Shown: positions 40,219 to 50,552 of the stretch, piece by piece
Numbering within the stretch: the stretch's first letter is position 1
Layout of the letters: every line of letters starts with the position of its first letter
Assembly: GCA_044223005.1 (NCBI GenBank)
Contig: JBGAML010000003.1
Coordinates: forward strand, 1 to 64,000
DNA from: Candidatus Eiseniibacteriota bacterium
GTDB taxonomy: Bacteria > Eisenbacteria > RBG-16-71-46
Direction: 5' to 3'
DNA: 64,000 bases
Notes under the pieces: generated by a model
Told to the model about the DNA's origin: nothing
The model's database searches: none
The model's input: only the letters and a program-made list of their open reading frames with translations
Position numbers and translations under genes: made by a program

Positions 40219-40878
40219 ATGCCGGCCGCCCGCTGGACCGTTCACCTGTCGCTCGTCGCATCGATCGCCGCCGTGCTCGCGTCCGGCTGCGCGCGCTCGA
40301 CCGAGCCCACGCCGAAGCACACGTTCTACGGGAGCGTCCGCCTGGTCGGCTACGACGTCGCCGAGTCCGGCCTGGTCACCGCGACGCGCGCGATCGACGA
40401 CGCCGACAGCGTCGCGGTCGAACTCGTCCGCGGGTCGACCCTCGTCGGGCGCACGTTCACGACGAACGGCACCTACCAGTTCGGCGGGCTCGAGCCGGGT
40501 TCCTACGCCACGCGCGTCGTGGTCGCGAACGACTTCGTGGTGCGCAGCGCCGACCTGGTGCTCGCCGACGCCGACGTCGCGGTGCCGCGGCTCGTCGTGG
40601 CTTCGCGCGGCGACCTGCTGCCGTCGCCGAATCCCATGCTCGCCTATGGCACGGTGATCTACTTCCAGCTCGACCAGACGGCGCCGATCACGCTGCGCGT
40701 GGCGCGCCAGGACGGCACGCCGGTGCGTACGCTGATGGAGGGCACGCTGCAGCCCGGGCTCAAGTCCGCGAGCTGGGGAGCCATCGACGTCGCGGGGCAT
40801 CCGGCGCCGGGGTCGCTCTACTGGGTGCTGCTCGAATCCCCGGGCGAACCGACCCGCGCCCACCTCGTCTACCGCTGA
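40219..40878 (+). CDS. Lipoprotein with Ig-like domain and FlgD-Ig-like C-terminal domain
   Basis: Lipobox ASGC; GTYQFGGLEPGSY; PSPNP..IYFQL..GTPVRTL..SW..GSLYWV. Confidence 0.7.
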   Translation: MPAARWTVHLSLVASIAAVLASGCARSTEPTPKHTFYGSVRLVGYDVAESGLVTATRAIDDADSVAVELVRGSTLVGRTFTTNGTYQFGGLEPGSYATRVVVANDFVVRSADLVLADADVAVPRLVVASRGDLLPSPNPMLAYGTVIYFQLDQTAPITLRVARQDGTPVRTLMEGTLQPGLKSASWGAIDVAGHPAPGSLYWVLLESPGEPTRAHLVYR

Positions 40879-40884
40879 CGCGGC

Positions 40885-41811
40885 TCAGGCGCGCGGCGAC
40901 AGTTCGCGCACGAGTGCGGCCACCTCGGCCGTGTTCGTGCGCGGTAGCCAGTGGCCGACGCCCTCGAGCACGTGCAGCTTCGTGGTGGGCACGATGCCGG
41001 GCAGCCACGCGGCGTGCGTCCGCCACGGCGTGATGCCGTCATCGGCACCGACGAGCACCGCGAGCGGCGCACGCAGGCGAGGCAGGTCGGCGAGCAGCCG
41101 CGCGAGGTCGGCGCGGAACGTGCGGAAGTTCTCGAGCGCCGCATCGAGCTGCGCCGGCACGAGCGCCCACGCGCGCGATGCGGTGCGCCCCGGCGGTGCC
41201 GGCGCGGGTGACCACGCCTCCCGGCGCGTGCGCGGGGTGACGAACCAGCCGCCGGGAAGCGTGAACACCTCGAGCGCCGCGCGGCGCGCGATTCCCGCGA
41301 GCGGGAAGCGGACGTAGCGCACGTTGCGGTCGTCCACCGCGAGGCACGGCGTCAGCAGCACCACGGCGGCCACGCGGTCGGGGTCGTCGAGCGCCGCGCG
41401 CAGTACGACCGGTGCGCCGTACGAGTGGCCCACGAGCACGGCATGCGCACCGGCGGGCAGCGCGGAGAGCACGGCGCGCGCGTTGGCGCCGAGGTCGAGC
41501 GCGGGGCCGCGCGGCGAGGCCGCGTGCCCGGGCCGGTCGATCGCCAGCACGGTGTGGTCACGCGCGAGATCGTCGAGCAGTGCGTCGGGGAAGTCGGCGT
41601 GCATGCCGTTCATGCCGTGCACGAACGCGACGACGGGGCCACTGCCGCGTCGCGTGCCGCGCGGTCCGCCGGGTGAGAGCGGCGGCGCGGGCGGGAACGT
41701 GCGTACGACGTGCGCCGCGTAGAGCGAGTGGAGCAGCGCCGACAGCAGCAGCAGCGCCCACAGCAGGGGCACCGCGATCACGGCGATCCAGAAGACGGCG
41801 AGCCCGGTCAT
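40885..41811 (-). CDS. Membrane-anchored alpha/beta hydrolase
   Basis: N-terminal TM helix; VHGMNG, IDRPGH, GHSYG nucleophile, GADD, GVGH. Confidence 0.85.
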   Translation of the reverse strand: MTGLAVFWIAVIAVPLLWALLLLSALLHSLYAAHVVRTFPPAPPLSPGGPRGTRRGSGPVVAFVHGMNGMHADFPDALLDDLARDHTVLAIDRPGHAASPRGPALDLGANARAVLSALPAGAHAVLVGHSYGAPVVLRAALDDPDRVAAVVLLTPCLAVDDRNVRYVRFPLAGIARRAALEVFTLPGGWFVTPRTRREAWSPAPAPPGRTASRAWALVPAQLDAALENFRTFRADLARLLADLPRLRAPLAVLVGADDGITPWRTHAAWLPGIVPTTKLHVLEGVGHWLPRTNTAEVAALVRELSPRA

Positions 41812-41863
41812 CGTGCGGTGGACCGGCCGTCCCGGCGAGCGCCGGAACGGCCGGTCCGGAACC

Positions 41864-44602
41864 TCAGGCGTGCCGCGGGTCGACGGCCTCCGGATCGAGG
41901 CCGTACGCGGCGATCGCCTTGGCGACCACGTCCGCCTTCACCTTGCCGTCGAGCATCAGGGCGTGCAGCGTCGCCACGACGATGTGCTCGGCGTCGATCT
42001 CGAAGTGACGCCGGAGCGCTTCGCGCGTGTCGCTGCGGCCGTAGCCGTCGGTCCCGAGCGCGACGAAGCGGTTCGGGATCCAGCGGGCCGGCGCGTCGTT
42101 CACGGCCTTGAGCCAGTCGCTCGACGCGATCACCGGACCCTCGGCGCCCTTCAGCGCCTGCGTGACGTACGGCACGCGCGGCGTCTCGGCGGGGTGGAGC
42201 CGGTTCCAGCGCTCCACCTCGAGCGCGTCGTGACGGAGCTCGGAGTAGCTCGTCGCACTCCAGACGTCCGCGGTGACCTTCCACTCCTTCGCGAGCATCT
42301 CCTGCGCGCGGAGCGCCTGGAGCAGCATGGGGCCGCTGCCGAACAGCTGCGCCTTCGCACCGCCGGTCTTCTCGCCGCGCTGGTAGAGGTAGAGGCCCTT
42401 CAGGATGCCGTCGTCCACGCCCTCGGGCCGCTTCGGCTGCGCGTAGTCCTGATTGTAGAGCGCGATGTAGTAGAAGACGTCCTCGCCCTGTTCGTACATG
42501 CGGCGCAGGCCCGCCTGCACGATCGTGGCGACTTCGTACGCGAACGCCGGGTCGTACGCGAGGCAGTTGGGCACCGCCGACGCGAGCAGCAGGCTGTGAC
42601 CGTCCTCGTGCTGCAGGCCCTCGCCGTTCAGCGTGGTGCGGCCGGCCGTGGCGCCGAGCATGAAGCCGCGGCCGCGCGCGTCACCGAATGCCCACACCAT
42701 GTCCATGGTGCGCTGGAACCCGAACATCGAGTAGAAGATGTAGAACGGGATCGTGGTCGAGCCGTGCGTGGCGTAGCTCGTGCCCGACGCCGTGAACGAC
42801 GCCATCGAGCCGTCCTCGGTGATGCCCTCCTCGAGCACCTGCCCGTCGGCCTTCTCGGTGTACGAGAGCACCAGCTTGGAATCGACGGGCTCGTACTTCT
42901 GGCCGCCCGGCTGGTAGATGCCGACCTCGCGGAAGAGCACCTCGAGCCCGAACGTGCGCGCCTCGTCGGGGATGATCGGCACGATGCGCTTGCCGTAGTT
43001 GGGGTCGCGAATCAGGTTGCGGAGCACCTTGCCGAACACCATGGTCGTCGAGACCTGCTGCGTGTCGGGCGTGCCGCCGTCGAACTCCGAGAACGCCTTG
43101 GGGTTCGCGGCCGGCAGCGGCTTCGTGCGCACGACGCGCTTGGGCACGCAGCCGCCGAGCGCACGCCGGCGCTCGAGCAGGTACTTCACCTCGTCGCTGT
43201 CCGCGCCGGGGTGGTAGAGCGGCGCGTCGGCGAGCTTCTTGTCCGAGATCGGCAGTTCGAGCGTGTCGCGGAACTTGCGCAGCTCGTCCAGGTCCAGCTT
43301 CTTCTTCTGGTGCGTGATGTTGCGCGCTTCGGCGCCCGAGCCCAGCGTCCAGCCCTTCACGGTCTTCGCGAGGATCGCCGTGGGCCGGCCCTGCATGGCC
43401 GCCGCCGCGGAATACGCGGCGTAGATCTTCTTGTAATCGTGGCCGCCGCGGCGCAGGTGCTTCAGGTCGTCGTCCGAGAGGTGCTCGACCATCGCCTTGA
43501 GCGACTCGTTGGCGCCGAAGAAGTGCTCGCGGATGTAGGCTCCGCTCTGCACCTGGTACTGCTGCCAGTCGCCGTCGACGGTCTCGTTGAGCCGGTCGAC
43601 GAGGTGGCCGTCGTAGTCCTTCGCGAGCAGTTCGTCCCACTCGCGGCCGAGGATCACCTTGATCACGTTCCAGCCCGCGCCGGTGAACACGGCCTCGAGC
43701 TCCTGGATGATCTTGCCGTTGCCACGCACGGGTCCGTCGAGCCGCTGCAGGTTGCAGTTGATGACGAACGTCAGGTTGTCGAGCCCCTCGCGCGCCGCGA
43801 GGCGGATCGCGCCGGTCGCCTCGGGCTCGTCGGTCTCGCCGTCGCCGAGAAACGCCCACACGCGCGAGTTCGACGTGTCCGCGAGGCCGCGCGCGCCGAG
43901 GTAGCGGTTGAAGCGCGCCTGGTAGATCGCGTTGAGCGGCCCGAGGCCCATGCTGACGGTCGGGAACTCCCAGAAGTCCGGCATGAGCCGCGGGTGCGGA
44001 TAGGACGACAGGCCCCGGCCACGCACGACTTCCTGGCGGAAGTGCTCGATCTGCGATTCCGCGAGCCGGCCTTCGAGGAACGCGCGCGCGTAGATGCCGG
44101 GCGCCGCGTGGCCCTGGAAGAAGATCTGGTCGCCCGAGCCGCCCTCGTCCTTACCGCGGAAGAAGTGGTTGAAGCCCACTTCGTAGAGGCTTGCCGCCGA
44201 CGCGTAGGTCGACAGGTGGCCGCCGAGGCCCGCGTGGTGATGGTTCGCCCGCACGACCATGGCGGCGGCGTTCCAGCGGATGATGCGGCGGATCCGCTTC
44301 TCCATCGCCTCGTCGCCGGGGAAGGGCGGCTCCTGCTCGGTCGAGATCGTGTTGATGTAGCGAGACTGCACCAGGCCCGGCAGACCGACGTGCAGCTGGC
44401 GCGCGCGCTTGAGCACGCGGCGCAGCAGGAAGTCCGCGCGCTCGCGGCCGTGCAGCCGGACGATGTCCTCCAGCGCGTCGAGCCACTCCTGCGTTTCACC
44501 GGCGTCCGCATCGGGCAGCTGGCGCTTGAAGCCCGAGAGCATGTTGAGGATGAACCGCTCGCTCTCGCGACGGTCGTGGGTCGGACGGTCCTGGACGCTC
44601 AT
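41864..44602 (-). CDS. aceE: Pyruvate dehydrogenase E1, homodimeric type
   Basis: ETQEWLDAL, GGHLSTYAS, PTVSMGLGP, GDGETDEPE, NCNLQRLDGP, GEGLQHEDG. Confidence 0.95.
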   Translation of the reverse strand: MSVQDRPTHDRRESERFILNMLSGFKRQLPDADAGETQEWLDALEDIVRLHGRERADFLLRRVLKRARQLHVGLPGLVQSRYINTISTEQEPPFPGDEAMEKRIRRIIRWNAAAMVVRANHHHAGLGGHLSTYASAASLYEVGFNHFFRGKDEGGSGDQIFFQGHAAPGIYARAFLEGRLAESQIEHFRQEVVRGRGLSSYPHPRLMPDFWEFPTVSMGLGPLNAIYQARFNRYLGARGLADTSNSRVWAFLGDGETDEPEATGAIRLAAREGLDNLTFVINCNLQRLDGPVRGNGKIIQELEAVFTGAGWNVIKVILGREWDELLAKDYDGHLVDRLNETVDGDWQQYQVQSGAYIREHFFGANESLKAMVEHLSDDDLKHLRRGGHDYKKIYAAYSAAAAMQGRPTAILAKTVKGWTLGSGAEARNITHQKKKLDLDELRKFRDTLELPISDKKLADAPLYHPGADSDEVKYLLERRRALGGCVPKRVVRTKPLPAANPKAFSEFDGGTPDTQQVSTTMVFGKVLRNLIRDPNYGKRIVPIIPDEARTFGLEVLFREVGIYQPGGQKYEPVDSKLVLSYTEKADGQVLEEGITEDGSMASFTASGTSYATHGSTTIPFYIFYSMFGFQRTMDMVWAFGDARGRGFMLGATAGRTTLNGEGLQHEDGHSLLLASAVPNCLAYDPAFAYEVATIVQAGLRRMYEQGEDVFYYIALYNQDYAQPKRPEGVDDGILKGLYLYQRGEKTGGAKAQLFGSGPMLLQALRAQEMLAKEWKVTADVWSATSYSELRHDALEVERWNRLHPAETPRVPYVTQALKGAEGPVIASSDWLKAVNDAPARWIPNRFVALGTDGYGRSDTREALRRHFEIDAEHIVVATLHALMLDGKVKADVVAKAIAAYGLDPEAVDPRHA

Positions 44603-45009
44603 TTCGATCGGGGTCCTTTCGGAGGTCACCGGGAAGGTCGAAACGCCTGCCGGCGAGGCCGCAGCGGCGTGAAGCGCGCGGCGCGAGCACCGGCCCGAGG
44701 TGGGCGGTATGACAACGTTTTCACCGGCGGCAGAATAGCGGCTGGCCCGCCGGAGGCCAAACCGGCGGCGGTTCCGCCGGTGGGCGTGCACTCCCTAGGT
44801 GAGATGCATGTCACGCCGCGGACGGTTCGGCCGTGAAACGCCTGAAACGGCGCGCGTTGGCGCCGCGGCCGCGATCCGGGGTTCGCACGCCAGTCCGCGT
44901 TCGCTCCAGCGGAACGCGACCGCCGCGCCCAGCGCTGCGCGCCGCGCAACGCCGCGGCGCGTGCGGTAAGTTGGCGCCGACCGGTCCCTACTCGAGGAGA
45001 CTTTCGCCG

Positions 45010-47016
45010 ATGTCCGTGATCGCACCGACGACCGCCACGCTGTACGCGGCCCGCAAGGGGCCGCGCCCGATGACCGCCGAGGATCTCTGGCTGCTGCCCC
45101 GCGTGGGCGCGCCCCAGCCGTCGCCCGACGGCCGCTTCGCGGTCGTGCCGGTGACCACGTACGCGATCGAGAAGAACGAGGCGCGCACGCGGCTGTGGCG
45201 CATCGCACTGGACGGCGCCGGCGAGCCCGCGGCGCTCACCTCGCCGGACGTGTCGGCGAGCGAGCCGCGCGTCTCGCCCGACGGCACGCAGCTCGCGTTC
45301 GTGCGCAAGGACGACAAGGGGCGCGGGCAGCTCATGCTCCTGCCGCTCGCGGGCGGCGAGGCGCGCAAGCTCACCGACCTGCCGCTCGGCGTGTTCGATC
45401 CGCGCTGGCTCCCGGACGGCTCGGCGCTGGTCGTCGCGTCGCCCGTGATCCGCGGGCATGCGACGCCCGAGGCGACGGCGGCGGAGCTGCAGCGCCGCGC
45501 CGACGATCCGGTGAAGGCGCACGTCACCGAGGACCGCGTCTATCGCTACTGGGACACCTGGCTGACGACGGGCGAAGTCCCGCACCTGTTCCTCGTGCCG
45601 CTCGCCGGCGGCGCGCCGCGCGACCTGACGCCCGAATCCGTGGGCTGGTTCGACTGGATGGATCCCTCCGGTCAGTACGACCTCTCGCCCGACGGGCGCG
45701 AGATCGCGTTCGCCGCGTTCGTGTTCGACGAGGCGCGTTCGCTGCTGGTTTCGCGCATCTTCACCGTGCCGGTCGCGGGCGGTGCGCTGCGCTGCCTCAC
45801 CGATGGGCATCCGGCCGACGACCTGCGTCCGCGCTACTCGCCCGACGGCAAGTCGATCGTCTACGGCATGTCGCACGATCCGTTCTTCTACGCGGACCGC
45901 ATCCGCCTCATGCGCGTCGATCGCGCGAGCGGTGCGCACGCGGAGTGGCTCGGCAACTGGGAGCTGACGCCCGCGCAGTGGGAGTTCGCGGCCGACGGCA
46001 CGCTGGTGCTCGAGGCCGAGGAGGCGGCGCGCGTGAAGCTGTTCGCGTGGCGCGGCACCGGCGTTCCGGTGGCGATCACGGGTGACGGCGCGGTCGGCGG
46101 CTTCACCGTGGCCGGCACGCGCGTGCTGTTCACGCACCAGACGCTCGTGGCGCCGGCGGAAGCGTGGGCGTGCGGGCTCGACGGCTCGGGCCGCACCGAG
46201 CTCACGCGGTTCACGAGCGAGATCGCGGCGGGCTTCGGCACCGGCGAGGTGCGCGAGATGACGTTCGAGGGCGCGAAGGGCGAAAGCGTGCAGATGTTCG
46301 TGGTGCTGCCGCCGGGTTTCGAGCCGGGGAAGAAGTATCCGCTCGTGCACGTGGTGCACGGCGGCCCGCACGGCATCTCGGGTGACCAGTTCCATCCGCG
46401 CTGGAACGCGCAGCTCTTCGCCGCGCCGGGCTACGTCGCGGCGCTGGTGAACTTCCAGGGCTCGACCTCGTGGGGCCAGGACTTCGCGCAGCGGATCCAG
46501 GGCGAGTGGGCGGAGCGCCCGTTCGCGGACGTGATGCGCGCGACCGACGTGCTCGTGGCCACGGGCTTCGTGGACGAGACGCGCATGGCGACCGCGGGCG
46601 GCTCGTACGGCGGCTACATGATGTCGTGGATCGCCGGGCACACCGATCGCTTCCGCTGCATCGTCAACCACGCCGGCGTTTCGGATCTCGTGGGCCAGTA
46701 CGCGAGCGACGTGACGCAGGGGCGCGGGCGCTCGGCCGGCGGCGAGATCTGGGTCGACCGCGACGCCATGGAGCGCTGGTCGCCCATCCGCTTCGCGAGC
46801 GGCATGAAGACGCCGATGCTGGTGATCCACGGCGAGCGCGACTACCGCGTGCCGGTGGGGCAGGGCCTGCTCGTGTACGGCGTGCTCAAGGCCAAGGGCG
46901 TCCCGGCGCGGCTCGTCTACTTCCCGGACGAAAACCACTGGGTCTTGAAGCCGCGCAACTCGCTCCTCTGGTACCGCGAGGTGCACGCGTGGCTCGAGCG
47001 CTGGCTCGGGGCCTGA
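45010..47016 (+). CDS. S9 family peptidase (dipeptidyl/acylaminoacyl peptidase)
   Basis: SPDG propeller repeats; VHGGP, GGSYGG, DYRV, ENHW. Confidence 0.92.
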   Translation: MSVIAPTTATLYAARKGPRPMTAEDLWLLPRVGAPQPSPDGRFAVVPVTTYAIEKNEARTRLWRIALDGAGEPAALTSPDVSASEPRVSPDGTQLAFVRKDDKGRGQLMLLPLAGGEARKLTDLPLGVFDPRWLPDGSALVVASPVIRGHATPEATAAELQRRADDPVKAHVTEDRVYRYWDTWLTTGEVPHLFLVPLAGGAPRDLTPESVGWFDWMDPSGQYDLSPDGREIAFAAFVFDEARSLLVSRIFTVPVAGGALRCLTDGHPADDLRPRYSPDGKSIVYGMSHDPFFYADRIRLMRVDRASGAHAEWLGNWELTPAQWEFAADGTLVLEAEEAARVKLFAWRGTGVPVAITGDGAVGGFTVAGTRVLFTHQTLVAPAEAWACGLDGSGRTELTRFTSEIAAGFGTGEVREMTFEGAKGESVQMFVVLPPGFEPGKKYPLVHVVHGGPHGISGDQFHPRWNAQLFAAPGYVAALVNFQGSTSWGQDFAQRIQGEWAERPFADVMRATDVLVATGFVDETRMATAGGSYGGYMMSWIAGHTDRFRCIVNHAGVSDLVGQYASDVTQGRGRSAGGEIWVDRDAMERWSPIRFASGMKTPMLVIHGERDYRVPVGQGLLVYGVLKAKGVPARLVYFPDENHWVLKPRNSLLWYREVHAWLERWLGA

Positions 47017-47019
47017 GCC

Positions 47020-47361
47020 GTGCCGCTGCCCGATCACCTGCGCCGCCTGCTCGCCGAGTGCGACGTCGACGTCTATCGCTCGTCGGGTCCGGGCGGGCAG
47101 AAGAAGAACAAGACCGAGTCGAGCGTGCGCGTCCGGCACCGCCCGACCGGTCTCGTTCGCGTGGCGACCGAGAGCCGCTCGCAGTTCCGCAATCGTGAAG
47201 CGGCGCTCGAGCGGCTCTGGGACGCGCTGCAGGCGCGCGCGCGCAGGCCGAAGCCGCGCGTGGCCACGGCGCCGACCCGTGCGTCGCGCGAGCGTCGCGT
47301 GGCCGAAAAGCGCGTGGCGGGAGTCCGCAAGCGCGAGCGGCGGGCTCCGCTCGACGATTGA
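47020..47361 (+). CDS. Peptide chain release factor-like protein (ArfB-like ribosome rescue factor)
   Basis: SSGPGGQ, RSQFRNRE, basic C-terminal tail. Confidence 0.85.
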   Translation: MPLPDHLRRLLAECDVDVYRSSGPGGQKKNKTESSVRVRHRPTGLVRVATESRSQFRNREAALERLWDALQARARRPKPRVATAPTRASRERRVAEKRVAGVRKRERRAPLDD

Positions 47362-47531
47362 GCCGCGCGGCGACCGCGTGAAACGCCGCCCGAATGCTCC
47401 CGAAGGCCCTCCGTACTACTACGGATTGACGTTGCAACACGCAGATTGATACCGCTTGTGTCGACCGGGGCCGCCCGGTCCCGCGTGGGCGGTCCGCCCG
47501 CGCGCGCCATCCCGCTGCGGAGGATCTGCCC

Positions 47532-49784
47532 ATGTCTCGCTCATTCCCTCGTCGCGCGCGCACCGCTCGCGCGGTGATCCATACGCTCGTCTTCGCCAGT
47601 CTCGTCGCGGCGTTCGCCGCCGGCGTTGCGGTGGCGAACGCCGCGAGCCACACGTCGGCGTTCGCCGACACGACCCGCCCGGTCACGTTCCTGCGCGAGG
47701 TCGTCGTGACCGGTGCGCGATACCCGCGCGCCTACTACCAGTCGCCCCAGGCGCTCTCGTTCGTGGGGCCGCGCCAGCTGCGCGAGTCGGCGCCGATCGT
47801 GATTGGCGACGTGCTCGGAACGCTGCCCGGCGTGGACAACAGCAAGGACAGCCCCTGGGAGCAGCGCCCGGTGCTCCGCGGTCTTTCCGGCCAGCGCGTG
47901 CTCGTGCTCATGGACGGCATGCCCATGAACAGCTCCCGTGGCAACGGTCCGCACCCCTCGCTCGTGGATCCGTCACAGATCCAGCGCGTGGAGGTCGTGC
48001 GCGGACCGTCGAGCGTCTCGTACGGTTCCGATGCCCTCGGCGGCGCGATCAACATCATCACGCGCGAGCCCAGGCCCACGGACGGCAAGACGGCCCTCGA
48101 GGGCGGCATCTCGTTCTCGGGCTCCACGGGCGAGAACCAGGGTGGCGGTTCGCTCGAGCTCATGCCGCGCATGGGCAAGTTCTCCGGCTACGGTTCGTTC
48201 GGGTTCCGCTCGGCGAAGAACTTCGATTCGCCCGATGGCACGATCGCGAACTCGTCGTTCCGCGACTGGGACGGCCTCTACGGCCTGCGTTGGGACGCCT
48301 CGTCGAACTTCGACGTCAAGGCTGGCTACCAGATGCTGCGGGGCTCGGACGTCGGGATCCCGGGACTCACGACCCCGCTCGCGAACTACGGTCCCGGCAA
48401 CACGACGACGTTCCAGTTCAAGGACTACGACCGTGACCTGGCGCACCTGACGCTCGACCATCGCTACGAGAACTCGTGGATCGCGGCGTCGCGCCTGCGC
48501 TTCTACTGGCAGGCGGAGCGCCGGAACTTCTGGTCCACCGAGCGCATCGACTCGGCGTACTACGCGATCTACGGCATTCCCTCGAACGGTTCGATCTTCC
48601 GGCAGACCGACCAGGACCGCTTCTTCGACCTCAAGACCTGGGGCGCGCAGCTCCAGCTGACGTCGATCCAGACGAAGACCTATCGGTTCACCGCCGGCGT
48701 GGACGCCGCGCGCGACGTCACCGCCGGCAACAACGTCCGCCATCGGGACTCGCAGTTCGCGACGGGCCCCGGCCCGGTGGCGCTGCGGATCACGCAGTCG
48801 GTGCCGAACGGCACGTTCGACAACGTCGGCACGTACTTCCAGAACGAGTGGTACGTGCTGCCGAAGTTCACGCTGAGCTCGGGCGTGCGCTGGACGATGT
48901 ACCACGACCGCACGGACGCGGGCCTCGCTGCCCCGGCGAGCGGTCCGACGCCGGCGCAGTACTTCGAGGCGCTCAAGGTCGACAACAACGCGACGTGCGG
49001 CTCGGTCGGCGTGGTCTACGAGGCGGCGAAGGACCTGCACCTGAGCTTCAACGTCGCGAACGGCTATCGCCAGCCGAACGCGCAGGACCTGTTCTTCAAC
49101 GGCCCCGCGTCCGTCGGCTTCGTGCTCGGCGATCCGGACCTCAAGCCCGAGAAGAGCGTCTCGTACGATTTCGGCCTGCGCTACGAGAATGCGAAGGAGG
49201 CGATCTCCGCGAACGCGTTCTGGTCGAACTACGACGACCTGATCGACGCGGTCGACGTGACGCCGGCGGGCAACCCGCCGGGCGCGCCGCACACCTACCA
49301 GTACACGAATATCTCCAAGGCCCGGATCTACGGCGTCGAGGCCGAGTGCGAGTGGGTGCTGCCCGCGCGGCTGCGCGCGCGCGCGACGCTGTCGCACGCG
49401 ATCGGCGACATCACCAGCCGCGAGGCGAACCTGACGCTCTACGGCGCGGATCTCGATCGTTCGCCGCTCGGTGGCGTGCCGCCGACCAAGGGCACCGCCA
49501 GCCTGCACTGGGCCGATCGCGACAATCGCTTCTGGGCCGAGCCGTCCATGCGGTGGGCGTGGCGCACCAACCGGCTCCCGCTGCCGACGCCGGGCGTCGG
49601 GCAGCTCACCGACTTCAAGAAGGAATACATCGTCGGTGACCTGATGGCCGGGTGGCGCATCGACTACGTGCACAGCATCACGGTGGGCGTGCGGAACTTC
49701 ACCGACCGCAACTACCGCGAGTCGCTGGCGTCCCTGCCGGCCCCGGGCCGTTCGTTCGTGGCGAGCTTCCAGGCCAGCTTCTGA
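47532..49784 (+). CDS. TonB-dependent receptor (heme/metal-chelate receptor-like)
   Basis: EVVVTG TonB box region, LRGLSGQRVLVLMDG, EVVRGPSSVSYGSDALGGAINIIT, DPDLKPEKS, PGRSF..ASF. Confidence 0.92.
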   Translation: MSRSFPRRARTARAVIHTLVFASLVAAFAAGVAVANAASHTSAFADTTRPVTFLREVVVTGARYPRAYYQSPQALSFVGPRQLRESAPIVIGDVLGTLPGVDNSKDSPWEQRPVLRGLSGQRVLVLMDGMPMNSSRGNGPHPSLVDPSQIQRVEVVRGPSSVSYGSDALGGAINIITREPRPTDGKTALEGGISFSGSTGENQGGGSLELMPRMGKFSGYGSFGFRSAKNFDSPDGTIANSSFRDWDGLYGLRWDASSNFDVKAGYQMLRGSDVGIPGLTTPLANYGPGNTTTFQFKDYDRDLAHLTLDHRYENSWIAASRLRFYWQAERRNFWSTERIDSAYYAIYGIPSNGSIFRQTDQDRFFDLKTWGAQLQLTSIQTKTYRFTAGVDAARDVTAGNNVRHRDSQFATGPGPVALRITQSVPNGTFDNVGTYFQNEWYVLPKFTLSSGVRWTMYHDRTDAGLAAPASGPTPAQYFEALKVDNNATCGSVGVVYEAAKDLHLSFNVANGYRQPNAQDLFFNGPASVGFVLGDPDLKPEKSVSYDFGLRYENAKEAISANAFWSNYDDLIDAVDVTPAGNPPGAPHTYQYTNISKARIYGVEAECEWVLPARLRARATLSHAIGDITSREANLTLYGADLDRSPLGGVPPTKGTASLHWADRDNRFWAEPSMRWAWRTNRLPLPTPGVGQLTDFKKEYIVGDLMAGWRIDYVHSITVGVRNFTDRNYRESLASLPAPGRSFVASFQASF

Positions 49785-49800
49785 GTGGCGTTTCGCAACG

Positions 49801-49828
49801 GGGGCGCGGACGGAACCGTCCGCGCCCC
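49801..49828 (+). terminator. GC-rich hairpin after TonB receptor
   Basis: Inverted repeat ggggcgcggacgg / ccgtccgcgcccc; no T-tract. Confidence 0.4.
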
Positions 49829-49925
49829 TGCCGCATCTGGCCGGAATCACGTAACCTGCGTTTCATGCGCCCGCTCGGGCCGGCACCGTCCGGCCGGCGG
49901 GCAGGACCCCCTGGGGAAAACGGCC

Positions 49926-50534
49926 ATGAACTCCGACCCGCGATCCGCCGATATGGTGGAAAGTCCGAGACGCGAACCACGCTTGCCACCGGGACAGGTG
50001 AAGACCGAGAAGTGGCCGGTCCTCCACCATGGTTCCGTGCCGACCGTGGACCTCGCGCACTGGGACCTGGTCGTGGATGGGCTCGTCGCGCACCCGCAGC
50101 GGTGGACGTGGGAGCAGTTCCAGGCGCTGCCGCGGACGCGCGTCTTCAGCGACATCCACTGCGTGACGCGATGGAGCCGATACGACAATCGTTGGGAAGG
50201 CGTGTCGCTGCGCGAAGTGATGGAACGCTGCGCGCCGGCGTCGGACGCTCGTTTCGCGGTGATCCATGCCGAGCTGGGGTTCACGACGAACCTGCCGCTC
50301 ACGGAGCTCCTCCAGGATGACGTTCTGCTCGCCGACCGGCACGACGACGAACCGCTCACGCCCGAGCACGGGTGGCCGCTGCGGCTCGTCGTTCCGCGTC
50401 GCTACTTCTGGAAGAGCGCCAAGTGGATCCGGCGCATCCAGCTGGTGGATCGCGACGAGCCCGGCTTCTGGGAGCGGAACGGCTACCACAACGAGGCCGA
50501 TCCCTGGCGCGAGGAGCGTTTCTCGGACTGGTGA
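49926..50534 (+). CDS. Sulfite oxidase-like molybdopterin-dependent oxidoreductase
   Basis: RLPPGQ, DIHCVTRWS, EHGWPLRLVVP..YFWKSAKW, GFWERNGYH. Confidence 0.9.
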   Translation: MNSDPRSADMVESPRREPRLPPGQVKTEKWPVLHHGSVPTVDLAHWDLVVDGLVAHPQRWTWEQFQALPRTRVFSDIHCVTRWSRYDNRWEGVSLREVMERCAPASDARFAVIHAELGFTTNLPLTELLQDDVLLADRHDDEPLTPEHGWPLRLVVPRRYFWKSAKWIRRIQLVDRDEPGFWERNGYHNEADPWREERFSDW

Positions 50535-50552
50535 GCTGCGGGAGGGCCGCGC

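Noticed and set aside
47362..47531. Cobalamin riboswitch or Fur box upstream of the second TonB receptor
   Set aside because: An A/T-richer patch is present but no B12 box or convincing Fur palindrome could be identified
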